Positions 7,419 to 16,046 of a stretch of 25,667 nt of DNA are shown here, piece after piece. Every line of letters begins with the position of its first letter. Position 1 is the first letter of the stretch. Location: positions 1 to 25,667 of the forward strand of contig DATHUZ010000505.1 of NCBI GenBank assembly GCA_035461725.1, read 5' to 3'. The DNA is from Anaerolineae bacterium. GTDB taxonomy: Bacteria > Chloroflexota > Anaerolineae > JAAYZQ01. The notes beneath the pieces are model-generated. The model ran no database searches, was not told where the DNA came from, and saw only the letters and a list, made by a program, of their open reading frames with translations. Made by a program: the position numbers and the translations under genes.

Positions 7419-8873
7419 CTACCGGCGACGGCGGCCACTCCGGCGCCTGGGCGTGCCTTTTTGCTCCTGCCTGGGTTCCGGCTCTTCGCCGGGCTGGGGG
7501 GGCGGCGCGTGGAGCGTCTCCTGGTAATAGTCGTCCAGGAGCATGGTCAACAGCGCCCGGCCCTCTTTGCTTTCCACCAGCTCCTGGATCAGGGGCTCGA
7601 AGCGCTCCATGCGCTCAATCCGGAGCTTGTCGCGGTCGCGCAGGCGAGATTCGAGCATGGCGGTGACCCGCTCGGACACGACGGCGGCGACGTCCTCGTC
7701 GGCCGGCAGGGGCCACTGGTCCATGGTGATCTTGTAGCGCTTGGCGATGCGCTCGAGGGTCATCTGCTCGAGCACGTCGACGAGCGAGATGGCGACGCCG
7801 CTGCCACCGGCACGCCCGGTGCGCCCCGCGCGGTGGATGTAGAGCTCCATCTCGTCGGGCGGCTCGTAGAGGATGACGTGCGACAGGTCGGGCAGGTCGA
7901 TGCCGCGCGCCGCGACGTCGGTGGCGACGAGGAAGCGGAGCTTGCCCTTGCGCGTGCGCTCCATGATCTTTTCGCGCGCCTCCTGCGACAGGTCGGAGCT
8001 GATCTCGTCGGCGTCGTAGCCAAAGCGCTGGAGCACGGCGGTGACATAGTGCACGCGCTGGCGGGTGTTGCAAAAGATGAGGGCACTGGGCGGGTTCTCG
8101 ACCTCGATGATGCGCACCAGGCTGCGATCCTTGTCCATGCGCGGCACGACGTAGTAGACGTGATCCACGTCGGTGACGTGCACGTGGTCGCGGCTGAGGC
8201 TGAGGAACTCCGGCTCGCTCAGGAACTCGCCGGCGAGGCGCATGACGTGGCCCGGGAAGGTGGCCGAGAACATGCCGCCCTGCATGCGGCGGCGCGGCAG
8301 GTGCTCGCGAATGGCGCGCATGTCGGGGTAAAAGCCCATCGACAGCATGCGGTCGGCCTCGTCAAAGATCAGGATCTGCAAGTCACTGAGCGACAGGTTG
8401 CGCTTGAGCAGGTGATCGAGGATGCGGCCAGGCGTGCCGACGACGAGATGGGCGCCCCGGCGGAAGGCGTCGATCTGGGGCTTGTAGGAGACGCCGCCAT
8501 AGACGACGGCGGTGCGCATGCCGCCGCTGCCGGCAAGCAGTTGGGCCTCCTCGCCGACCTGGTGGGCCAGCTCGCGGGTGGGGGCGAGGACGAGGGCCTG
8601 GGTGGTGGCGCGCTTGACGTCGACCCTGGCGAGGATCGGAAGCAGGAAGGCGGCGGTCTTGCCGCTGCCAGTGCGTGACTGGACCAGCAGGTCGCGGCCC
8701 GCGAGAAAGTAGGGGATGGCGCGCGCCTGGACGGGCATGAGCTGCGTCCAGCCAGCACGGGCGACGGCCTGCTGAAGCGGCTCGGGCAGGTCGGCGATGG
8801 TCACCGGTGGGAGTGTGCTCTCCGGCTCGACCATGCTGTCGTCTGAGGTTGGTTGTGTTGTGTGGTTGGTCAT
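7419..8873 (-). CDS. DEAD-box ATP-dependent RNA helicase, 484 aa
   Basis: Q motif (GWTQLMPVQARAIP), SRTGSGKT, PTRELA, TPGRILDHL, DEAD, SAT, TDVAARGID, HRAGRTGRAG; basic C-terminal tail. Confidence 0.95.
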   Translation of the reverse strand: MTNHTTQPTSDDSMVEPESTLPPVTIADLPEPLQQAVARAGWTQLMPVQARAIPYFLAGRDLLVQSRTGSGKTAAFLLPILARVDVKRATTQALVLAPTRELAHQVGEEAQLLAGSGGMRTAVVYGGVSYKPQIDAFRRGAHLVVGTPGRILDHLLKRNLSLSDLQILIFDEADRMLSMGFYPDMRAIREHLPRRRMQGGMFSATFPGHVMRLAGEFLSEPEFLSLSRDHVHVTDVDHVYYVVPRMDKDRSLVRIIEVENPPSALIFCNTRQRVHYVTAVLQRFGYDADEISSDLSQEAREKIMERTRKGKLRFLVATDVAARGIDLPDLSHVILYEPPDEMELYIHRAGRTGRAGGSGVAISLVDVLEQMTLERIAKRYKITMDQWPLPADEDVAAVVSERVTAMLESRLRDRDKLRIERMERFEPLIQELVESKEGRALLTMLLDDYYQETLHAPPPQPGEEPEPRQEQKGTPRRRSGRRRR

Positions 8874-8977
8874 CTCTTATCCTTTGTGTGCTCTTGCACC
8901 AGGTGATCGGCGTCCAAGATCTCGGACAGGGTTTACAAGGTAGATCGCGCCGTGACAGGCTTTGCCTCCGCAGGTGC

Positions 8978-11434
8978 TCAGGCCAGGATCTGGCCGAGCG
9001 GCCGGCGCAGCTCGACAGGCACCACTACCCACAGCTCCCCATCGACCGTGGCCTCTACGAGCAGCCCATAGAGGCGCAGGCGGCCCATCACCGACTCGGG
9101 CTTGTGCCACTGCCAGTAGCGGGATTCGTCGAGGTCGTTGTCGTACAGCTCGTCGAACGTCTGCCACGGCATGTAACCGCCGCGGGCCAGCACGGCGCGC
9201 AGCGCCGTACGCTCCTCGGCGCTCCAGTCGGCAGAGAGCGCCGCCAGCCTGCCCACGTCGGTGAGCCCCGCGATGATGGCGTCGACCAGCTCTGCCTTGC
9301 GCAGGGTCGACCACCCGCCTTCGGGGAGCACGACGTCGGCCATGCCCACCAATCCCTCCTTGGTATAGAGAGGCAGGGCTTGCGCCAGGGTGGGCTCGAG
9401 GATGGTGAGGGCGGCTTGCAGTTTTTGGCGCTTGGCCAGGTCTCGCCTGTACTGCGCCTCAACCCAGTCATCAACGACGTCGCGCTCCCCCGTACGGCGC
9501 AGCCAGTCCAGCCAGTCACGCGCCTCTTCGTATTCAGGCCACATCTCGAGCGCGTGTTCGAGCATCTCTTCGGCCCCCCTGTATTCTTCCTGCGCGATCA
9601 GGATGCGGGCCTGCGCGAAGGAGTAGAGGGCCATGTCGCGCGTGCCAAAATGGGTGGCTTCCGACAGGGGCGCGAGCATCGCGATCGCGGCTTCGATGTC
9701 CCCCTCGTCGAGCAGGTAACGGTTCAGGTTGAGGCGCGGAACGACGTAGAGCGGATCGAGCTCGATCGCCTTGCTGTAGAGCTCTTTGGCACGGTCATGT
9801 TCCTCGCGGCGCGAATAGACGGTGGCGAGGTTGTTGTGGATGTCGGGTGCGTTGGGCTCGAGCTCGATCGCACGCCGGAGCCTCTTTTCGGCGAGGGCCA
9901 GATCGCCGGCCTGGAGCGCCTGCATGCCCTGTGCGTGGAGGGCCATCACCTGGGGCGAGTAGGGAGGGCGCGCGGTCTCTGATATCTCGATCTGGCGCAT
10001 CTCGACCTCCTGCCATTCTCCCCCATGCCACATGCGCAGCGTCTCGCCGGGCTCGATCTGGCCTGCTTGGGACAGCATGGCCAGCGCGTTCATACGGTCC
10101 TCGTCACCACCCGACTGGCTGAACGCGAAGCGACGGATGGCGGCATAGGCGGCCGGGGTGCCGATACGCGCCAGCAGGCTGACGCCCGCGCCTGGCTGCA
10201 TCTCTTCCCAGACGATCTTTTCGGCGACGAGCACGAGCTGTGGAAAGCGCTCGACGAAACGCGCCACCTCGCGCTCGAACCGTTGGGGCGCCAGCCGGTC
10301 CTCGCGCTGGATCAACTCGACGAACTCCTGGAGACGTTGTTTGGAGATCAGGTGGTCGATGGGAAAGTATGGAAAGCGGTCGGACCAACCGAGGCCGCGC
10401 TGCCCGTCACGCACGGCCCGCACCAGGGGCTCGACGCCCGGCGACTCGGCCTGGAGTGCTTCCAGGTGCCGGCGTGCATCTTTCATGCCGAGATTGGCCA
10501 TGGCAACGGCGAGAAAGAACCTGGCCTGCGCGCCCAAGGCCTTAACGTCGGGGCGAGCCGCATCGACGTCGTCGAGCCCGGCGAGCATGTCGTACACGCG
10601 CTCGTCGTCGTCCATGGCCGCGAACGCCTCGGCGGCTTTCAGGCGCTCGTCGGGGCCGTCGGGCGTGAGCTCACGCAGCCTCGACCACGCTTCGGCGGCC
10701 TCCTCTCGCCGTGCCGACCAGGCCAGGAAGCGGACGGCGTTGCTGAGGGCCTGCAGGTTGTCAGGATCACGGGCGAGAACGTTGAGCGTCTCCTCGATAG
10801 CCCGCTGGGGCTCGCCGTTGAAAAAGAGGGCGAGGGCCAGGTTGTTGCGCGGCGGCGCCCAGTCGTCGAGGACGCGGATCGCCTGCCGGTTGGCCCGGAT
10901 CGCGGCGGGATAGTCGGCCTGCTGGAGGGCGCGGTTTGCGGTGTTGAGGTGGCGCACAGCGGTCTCGACCTGGCGCAGTGGCACGCCATGCTGCTCGGCG
11001 ACCAGCGTCATGTCGTGCTCCAGCAAAGAGATCGTTTCGCGCACCATCCCGGCAAAGGCACTATTGGGAGCCTGTCGCTGCAGCTCGCGGAAGGCCTGCA
11101 GGGCATAGGCGTGCAGGCCCAGGTCGTAAAAGATCGACGCCAGGGCGAGCGTGTAGACCTCGTCGCGGCCGAGCTGCGCCGCGCGCTCGTAGTGTGGCAA
11201 TGCATCCCACGGCTCGCCTGCCTGCAATTTAGCGAGGCCGAGGGCGTATTGCAGCTCGGGCACCCGCCCGTGCCTGGCGACGAGCGGCTGCAGGAGGGCG
11301 ATCGCCTGGTGTGGCTTGCCGGCATCCAGTAAGTGCTGTGCCTGATCGAGTGCCTCTTCCAGGGCGGCGGCAGGGCCGCGTGGTGCGGTGCGTGCCGTGC
11401 GCGGTGGTGTGCGTTTCTTCTTGCGCTTGCTCAT
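8978..11434 (-). CDS. Tetratricopeptide-repeat protein with an uncharacterised C-terminal domain, 818 aa
   Basis: Many TPR-like helices (e.g. APPRNNLALALFFNGEPQRAIEETLNVLARDPDN, DIHNNLATVYSRREEHDRAKELYSKAIELDP); ATG 7 nt after the nfo stop. Confidence 0.88.
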   Translation of the reverse strand: MSKRKKKRTPPRTARTAPRGPAAALEEALDQAQHLLDAGKPHQAIALLQPLVARHGRVPELQYALGLAKLQAGEPWDALPHYERAAQLGRDEVYTLALASIFYDLGLHAYALQAFRELQRQAPNSAFAGMVRETISLLEHDMTLVAEQHGVPLRQVETAVRHLNTANRALQQADYPAAIRANRQAIRVLDDWAPPRNNLALALFFNGEPQRAIEETLNVLARDPDNLQALSNAVRFLAWSARREEAAEAWSRLRELTPDGPDERLKAAEAFAAMDDDERVYDMLAGLDDVDAARPDVKALGAQARFFLAVAMANLGMKDARRHLEALQAESPGVEPLVRAVRDGQRGLGWSDRFPYFPIDHLISKQRLQEFVELIQREDRLAPQRFEREVARFVERFPQLVLVAEKIVWEEMQPGAGVSLLARIGTPAAYAAIRRFAFSQSGGDEDRMNALAMLSQAGQIEPGETLRMWHGGEWQEVEMRQIEISETARPPYSPQVMALHAQGMQALQAGDLALAEKRLRRAIELEPNAPDIHNNLATVYSRREEHDRAKELYSKAIELDPLYVVPRLNLNRYLLDEGDIEAAIAMLAPLSEATHFGTRDMALYSFAQARILIAQEEYRGAEEMLEHALEMWPEYEEARDWLDWLRRTGERDVVDDWVEAQYRRDLAKRQKLQAALTILEPTLAQALPLYTKEGLVGMADVVLPEGGWSTLRKAELVDAIIAGLTDVGRLAALSADWSAEERTALRAVLARGGYMPWQTFDELYDNDLDESRYWQWHKPESVMGRLRLYGLLVEATVDGELWVVVPVELRRPLGQILA

Positions 11435-11441
11435 GATCTCT

Positions 11442-12311
11442 TTACCCAGCGTCCTCGACGAGGGAACGGAGGATGCGCAGGTTCTCTCTATCTTCTTCCA
11501 GGTCAGGCCCCTTGTCGGTTTCGAGAGTCATGGGGATGCCGCGAAAGCGCGGGTCGTTGAGGAGACAGCGGAACGGCTCGAGGCCGAGCTGGCCGTGGCC
11601 GATGTGGTCGTGGCGGTCGACGCGGCTGCCCAGCTCACGCTTGGAGTCGTTGAGGTGGATGGCCTTTAGCCGCTCCAGCCCGAGCACGGCGTCGAACCGG
11701 CTCCAGGTGGCCTCGTAGCCCTCGCGGGTGCGGAGCTCGTAGCCGGCGGCAAAGGCGTGGCACGTGTCGAAGCAGATGCCGAGGCGCTCGGGCTCGCGCA
11801 CGCAGTCGATCATCCCACGGAGCTGCTCGAAGGTATACCCCAGATGATCGCCCTGGCCGGCGGTATTCTCCAGCCACACCTGCGCCCTGTGTCCGGGCAG
11901 CCGTCGGTGGACCTCCTCCAGTCCCTGGCTGATGCGGGCGAGCCCAACCGCCTCGCCGGCGCCCTTGTGCGAGCCGGGGTGGATCACCAGGCCGGGCAGA
12001 TCGAGCTGCTCACAGCGCTCCAAGTCGTCTACCAGGGCGTCGATCGATTTATGCCACAGCTCGTCGTCGGTGGTGCCCAGGTTGAGCAGGTAGATAGCGT
12101 GCGCAAAGACGGGGGCGATGCCAGTCTCACCGAGCATGGCACGAAAGGCGGCGATCGCCTCGTCGTCGAAGGGGGGCGACTTCCAGCGGTTGGGGTTCTT
12201 GACGAAAATCTGGATGCAGTCGCACCCCACGTCGCGCCCGCGCTCGAGCGACTTGTCGAGGCGGCCAGAGGTGGATTGATGGGATCCAAGGAGTAACCTG
12301 GGTGTGGTCAT
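11442..12311 (-). CDS. nfo: Endonuclease IV (AP endonuclease)
   Basis: LGSHQS..G, QIFVKNP, HAIYLLNL, HPGSH, LENTAGQG, CFDTCHAFAAGY, HLNDSK, DRHDHIG, LET motifs; SD GGAAGGAG. Confidence 0.95.
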   Translation of the reverse strand: MTTPRLLLGSHQSTSGRLDKSLERGRDVGCDCIQIFVKNPNRWKSPPFDDEAIAAFRAMLGETGIAPVFAHAIYLLNLGTTDDELWHKSIDALVDDLERCEQLDLPGLVIHPGSHKGAGEAVGLARISQGLEEVHRRLPGHRAQVWLENTAGQGDHLGYTFEQLRGMIDCVREPERLGICFDTCHAFAAGYELRTREGYEATWSRFDAVLGLERLKAIHLNDSKRELGSRVDRHDHIGHGQLGLEPFRCLLNDPRFRGIPMTLETDKGPDLEEDRENLRILRSLVEDAG

Positions 12312-12325
12312 GGGCTCCTTCCACG

Positions 12326-12904
12326 TTAACTCTTGTCGGGGGCCAGGGTGAGCCGGCCACGGGTGGCGGTGGCATCTTCGAACAACGCCAGGACGTAGAG
12401 CAGGGAGGAGAGGCGGTTCAGGTAGCGCACCACCTCAGGGTTGTGGAGCAGGCCGTCATCGACCAGGCGGACGGTGTGGCGCTCGGCGCGGCGCACGACG
12501 GTGCGCGCCAGGTGGAGCGCGGCGCCGGGCAGGCTGTCACCGGGAATGACAAACTCGGACGGCATCTCGACCTGCGGCGCAACCTGCGCGATCCACTCCT
12601 CCAGCCGGGCCACGCCGGCGGCGGTTACCCGGCCGGCGAAGGGGTTGCCGGGGTCGCCGGCGGCCGCCAGCTCGGCCATGAGGGTGTAAAGGTCACGCTC
12701 GATCTCGATCACGAGCTGGCGCGTCGCCGTCGACGCGCCGGTGGCCCGTGCCAGGCCGAGGGCGGCCTGCGCTTCGTCGACGGTGCCGTACGCCTCGGGC
12801 CGGAGGTCGTACTTGGGCACGCGCTCGGGGCCGAGCAGGCCAGTGCGGCCATCGTCGCCCCGGCCTGAATAGAATTCCGATTTGGCCGTAGCCCGCGTTT
12901 GCAC
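12326..12904 (-). CDS. pduO: Cob(I)alamin/cob(I)yrinic acid diamide adenosyltransferase, PduO type
   Basis: YSGRGDDGRTGL, EAYGTVDE, LHLARTVVRRAER, YLNRLS motifs. GTG at 12904 chosen because the ORF-track start at 12940 overlaps pfpI. Confidence 0.88.
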   Translation of the reverse strand: MQTRATAKSEFYSGRGDDGRTGLLGPERVPKYDLRPEAYGTVDEAQAALGLARATGASTATRQLVIEIERDLYTLMAELAAAGDPGNPFAGRVTAAGVARLEEWIAQVAPQVEMPSEFVIPGDSLPGAALHLARTVVRRAERHTVRLVDDGLLHNPEVVRYLNRLSSLLYVLALFEDATATRGRLTLAPDKS

Positions 12905-12911
12905 GGCTGCC

Positions 12912-13433
12912 CTATTCACTGAGCGCGGCGACGATGGCACGGCAGAAGGCGGGCAGGTCGGCAGGCGTACGCGACGTGATGAGGTTGCGGTCGACGACCA
13001 CTTCCCGGTCGACGTACTCGGCGCCGGCGTTGATCATGTCGTCCTTGATGGCGTAGAAGCAGGTGGCCTGCCTGCCCTCGAGGATGCCGGCAGAAGCCAG
13101 GACCCAGCCGGCGTGGCATATGGCGGCCACGACTTTGCCCTGGCGAAAGGCGTCGCGCACTAACTGGAGCACGGCAGGGTAGCGGCGCATCAGGTCGGGC
13201 GCATAGCCGCCGGGGACGACGACGGCGTCGACGTCGTCGGCGCTGACCTGATCGGCGGCGACGTCGACCTGGACGGGATAGCCGTGCTTGCTGGTATAGG
13301 TATCGGCACTGCCGGTGCCGACGACAAAGGTCTCGGCGCCCGCCTCGCGCAGGCGCAGGAGCGGGTACCAGAGCTCGAGCTCCTGGTACATGTTTTCGGC
13401 CAGTACGGCCACGCGTTTTCCTTCAATTGCCAT
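12912..13433 (-). CDS. pfpI: PfpI/DJ-1 family protein (type 1 glutamine amidotransferase-like), 173 aa
   Basis: ELELWYP, VPGGYAPD, nucleophile elbow AICHAG, DRNLITSR.PADLPAF; SD AGGAGG. Confidence 0.92.
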   Translation of the reverse strand: MAIEGKRVAVLAENMYQELELWYPLLRLREAGAETFVVGTGSADTYTSKHGYPVQVDVAADQVSADDVDAVVVPGGYAPDLMRRYPAVLQLVRDAFRQGKVVAAICHAGWVLASAGILEGRQATCFYAIKDDMINAGAEYVDREVVVDRNLITSRTPADLPAFCRAIVAALSE

Positions 13434-13516
13434 GGATTACCTCCTGTCAGGTATATTCACGATCGTAACCGCATCGTATGGTCAGAGGAACGAACCACCG
13501 TTGGTGTTCGGGTATG

Positions 13517-13545
13517 AGTATAGCAGGGAAGGCACCCCGTGGCAA
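13517..13545 (-). promoter_or_regulatory. Sigma-70 promoter of the pfpI-pduO-nfo-TPR operon
   Basis: Minus strand TTGCCA (13545-13540), 17-nt spacer, TGn-TATACT (13522-13517). Confidence 0.7.
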
Positions 13546-13563
13546 GTGCCAAACGACTGCGCG

Positions 13564-15852
13564 CTAGAAGAGGGGGATCTGGACGCCTTCGCGCTCTACG
13601 ATGGGGTCGAGGCCGACGATGGTGCGCAGGACGTATTCGTCGACGTCGGGCTCGCCGGCGAGCTGGCGGACGTGACGGTACTTGATAAAGTGCCAGCCGG
13701 CGGCATCGACGGCGCGCTGCCAGATGGGGTTGTGGGCGAGCTTGTAGGCGGCGAGGGCGGCGCGCCCGCCCGGCAGGACGAGGTAGCGCTGGGCGGCGGG
13801 CGGCAGGTGGTCGAGGGAGAAGGCCTCGCTGAGGGCGGCCTGCCAGTGCACGGCAAAGAGGGCATGCCAGTGGGCTCCCTCTTTCCAGGCAACGTCGAAG
13901 GGACCCTCTGCCACGGGCGTGTATCCCAACCGCCGTCCAAGCAGGTGGAGCTGATCGATCACAGACGCCCGCTCAGCCTCGCGGGCGCCCGGCCCATCCT
14001 CTGGACGGAGCTGCCAGTGACCGGGCGAGGCTTGGTGGGCGTAGGCGCGCAAGACCAGGGCGACGAGGTCGGGCTCGGGCGCCAGGGGCCCCGGAAAGCG
14101 CTCGTAGATGGCCTGCGCAAACTGGAGCTCGGTAAGGGCGAGGGTGGTTTCGAGCAGATCGTAGGCCGCTGCTTCGACGCTGTCGGACAGCGGGGCGGAC
14201 AGGCCGGCAGGCTCGGCAAGCCAGTAAAATGGATCGCCGCCGCCAGGTGCCGGCAGCGACAGGATCGCGGGGGTTTCGCGCGCGCGCCGCGCCACCGCCA
14301 CGGCGCGGTCGAGGGGGCCCGGTTCTGCCGCGTCGGGCGCGGCGGCGAGCAGTCCTGCCTGTGCCAGGGCGGTCCAGATGGCGGCGTGGAGTGTGGGCCA
14401 GCGGACAGGCTCGCCGCGGGCCCGGATCGCCTCGACGGCGGCGTCGATGGCCGTGCGCTCCATTTCGAGCTCGAGGTCGGGGGAGTGGGGAAGTGAGGAA
14501 GTGGGGAAGTGGGGAGTGGGTGCGAGCACGAGGCGGTGGCCCGTGCCGCTGTGGGCCAGGGACAGGACGCGTGTGGTTGAGGCGCCGGCCGCGGTGAGCA
14601 AGCTCTCGACGACGGCGGGCGGCCGGTCGTGGAGGACAAACACCAATCTGCCGTCGCCGGCGAGCAGGTGGGCGAAGGAGCGGAGCGACGAGGCCAGGCC
14701 AGCGGCGTACCAGCTCGCGTCGGAGGTGCGCTGCTGGAGGAGGGGGCGGAGCGGCGCCACGGCCTCAGCGCCGAGCAGCCACGCCCCCCAGAGGTAGGCG
14801 AGGGACCAGATGGGTGGGTCGAGTGGGGGCGGGGCAGTGAGGAGCAGGGGCAGGCTGGACGGGGGCACCAGGCGAGCGGCATCGCGCACGACGTGCTGGC
14901 CCACGTAGGCACTCCAGTCGCCACCGGCGGCCGACAGGCGTGCCGGATCGAGTGCCAACCCGGCGACAGGCGGCCCGGCCATGGCCACGAAGCGGTCGAC
15001 CGCCTGCTGGAAGGCGAGCCACACGTTGCGCTCGACGAAGCGGGGCTGGGCGACGAGCCGCTGGCGAGGCGGGCGGCGCTCGTCGCCGCCGGCCTCGGGC
15101 GCCAGGGCGGAGCAGCGATCGAGGCAGTCGAGAAGGAGCACCTTGAGCGCGTCGCGCAGGGGGCCGGCGTCAAAGAGGGCCTCCACTTTCATGGTCAGCT
15201 CGACGAGGGCGTAGAGGCTGCGCGGTGAGTAGAGGGTGAGCAGCTTTTCGATGCTCGCCCTGAGGCGGGCGTCGGTGCCGCGCGGCGCCAGCCTGTCGAG
15301 CAAAAAGTGATAGTGCAAACCACGCGGCTGCACCTCGTCGAGGCGGGCGCGGTCCTCGGCGTCGGCGGCGGTGGTGCCATCCCAACTGCACGCGGCGCAC
15401 TGCACGCGTTTCGTGACCGGCACGGCGGCGTCGCGATCCCAGGTGTACTCGGAGGCGACGGCGGGACGCAGGCAGGCGGGACAGGTGGCGGTGTAGAGGC
15501 GTTCGAGGTAGCGGCGGAGGGGGATGCCCTGCTTGAGGCTGTCGCCCAGACGGGCGACGGCAGCGTCGAGCTCACGCGGTGGGGGCGGGGCGAGCGACGC
15601 GCGGACGAGGAGGACCACCAGCGGGTCAAAGTTGAGGGCGACGGCACGGCGGCCCTCGGCGAGGACGTCGCGCACGACGGCGGCGTCCTGGCAGTAGGGG
15701 ATGAGGACGAGATCGCCGGGGCGGGTGTAGGCGCGCACGTAGGCGGGCGCCACGCCGGCGGGCACGGGGGCGCGCAGGCGTGCGGCGATGGGCCCGGGCA
15801 GGCCGGGAGTGGGCCCTCTTTCGCCAGGGACAAAGTAGTCGATATCGTTCAT
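13564..15852 (-). CDS. Degenerate Zn-ribbon adenine DNA methyltransferase-like protein, 762 aa, C-terminal QIPLF
   Basis: TRPGDLVLIPYCQDA...GRRAVALNFDP aligns by eye to MTase motif I (DPFxGSG lost). Cys pairs CPAC and CAAC; LLLTAPPP at the DPPY position; GRLVFVLHD. Start placed at ATG 15852 (MNDIDY) because a promoter lies just upstream. Confidence 0.75.
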   Translation of the reverse strand: MNDIDYFVPGERGPTPGLPGPIAARLRAPVPAGVAPAYVRAYTRPGDLVLIPYCQDAAVVRDVLAEGRRAVALNFDPLVVLLVRASLAPPPPRELDAAVARLGDSLKQGIPLRRYLERLYTATCPACLRPAVASEYTWDRDAAVPVTKRVQCAACSWDGTTAADAEDRARLDEVQPRGLHYHFLLDRLAPRGTDARLRASIEKLLTLYSPRSLYALVELTMKVEALFDAGPLRDALKVLLLDCLDRCSALAPEAGGDERRPPRQRLVAQPRFVERNVWLAFQQAVDRFVAMAGPPVAGLALDPARLSAAGGDWSAYVGQHVVRDAARLVPPSSLPLLLTAPPPLDPPIWSLAYLWGAWLLGAEAVAPLRPLLQQRTSDASWYAAGLASSLRSFAHLLAGDGRLVFVLHDRPPAVVESLLTAAGASTTRVLSLAHSGTGHRLVLAPTPHFPTSSLPHSPDLELEMERTAIDAAVEAIRARGEPVRWPTLHAAIWTALAQAGLLAAAPDAAEPGPLDRAVAVARRARETPAILSLPAPGGGDPFYWLAEPAGLSAPLSDSVEAAAYDLLETTLALTELQFAQAIYERFPGPLAPEPDLVALVLRAYAHQASPGHWQLRPEDGPGAREAERASVIDQLHLLGRRLGYTPVAEGPFDVAWKEGAHWHALFAVHWQAALSEAFSLDHLPPAAQRYLVLPGGRAALAAYKLAHNPIWQRAVDAAGWHFIKYRHVRQLAGEPDVDEYVLRTIVGLDPIVEREGVQIPLF
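14479..14521. repeat. G-rich 8-nt tandem repeat inside the methyltransferase-like gene
   Basis: gggggagt ggggaagt gaggaagt ggggaagt ggggagt gggt: four 8-nt units plus one 7-nt unit make 39 nt, so the frame is preserved. Encodes a Pro/His/Ser linker (PTPHFPTSSLPHSP). Confidence 0.8.
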
Positions 15853-15861
15853 AACGACGGT

Positions 15862-15890
15862 AGTATACCATAAATCGGAGGCCGCGGCAA
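15862..15890 (-). promoter_or_regulatory. Sigma-70 promoter for the methyltransferase-like gene (near-leaderless)
   Basis: Minus strand TTGCCG (15890-15885), 17-nt spacer, TGn-TATACT (15867-15862); only 9 nt to the ATG and no SD. Confidence 0.65.
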
Positions 15891-15986
15891 GGTGGGTGGC
15901 AGTCGGAGGGGGGATTGCTGGCGCTCTCGCAATGACAGGTTGGCGAGGGGCAGGTGCGATTGCTCGCCGCAACGCGCGGCAGGCGC

Positions 15987-16015
15987 TTGCCAAAAGCCCT
16001 CATCCCCGTTATAAT
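15987..16015 (+). promoter_or_regulatory. Sigma-70 promoter for the lipoprotein genes
   Basis: TTGCCA (15987-15992), 17-nt spacer, TATAAT (16010-16015). Confidence 0.7.
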
Positions 16016-16046
16016 GGGGACGAACGTGGAGGACAATGAGAGACTT

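Noticed and set aside
15954-16046. ORF-track N-terminal extensions (15954, 15993, 16858, 12940, 23756) and the 8-codon uORF at 16036
   Set aside because: The extensions overlap promoters or neighbouring genes and bury signal peptides. The uORF has only a 3-nt SD spacing and no other support.
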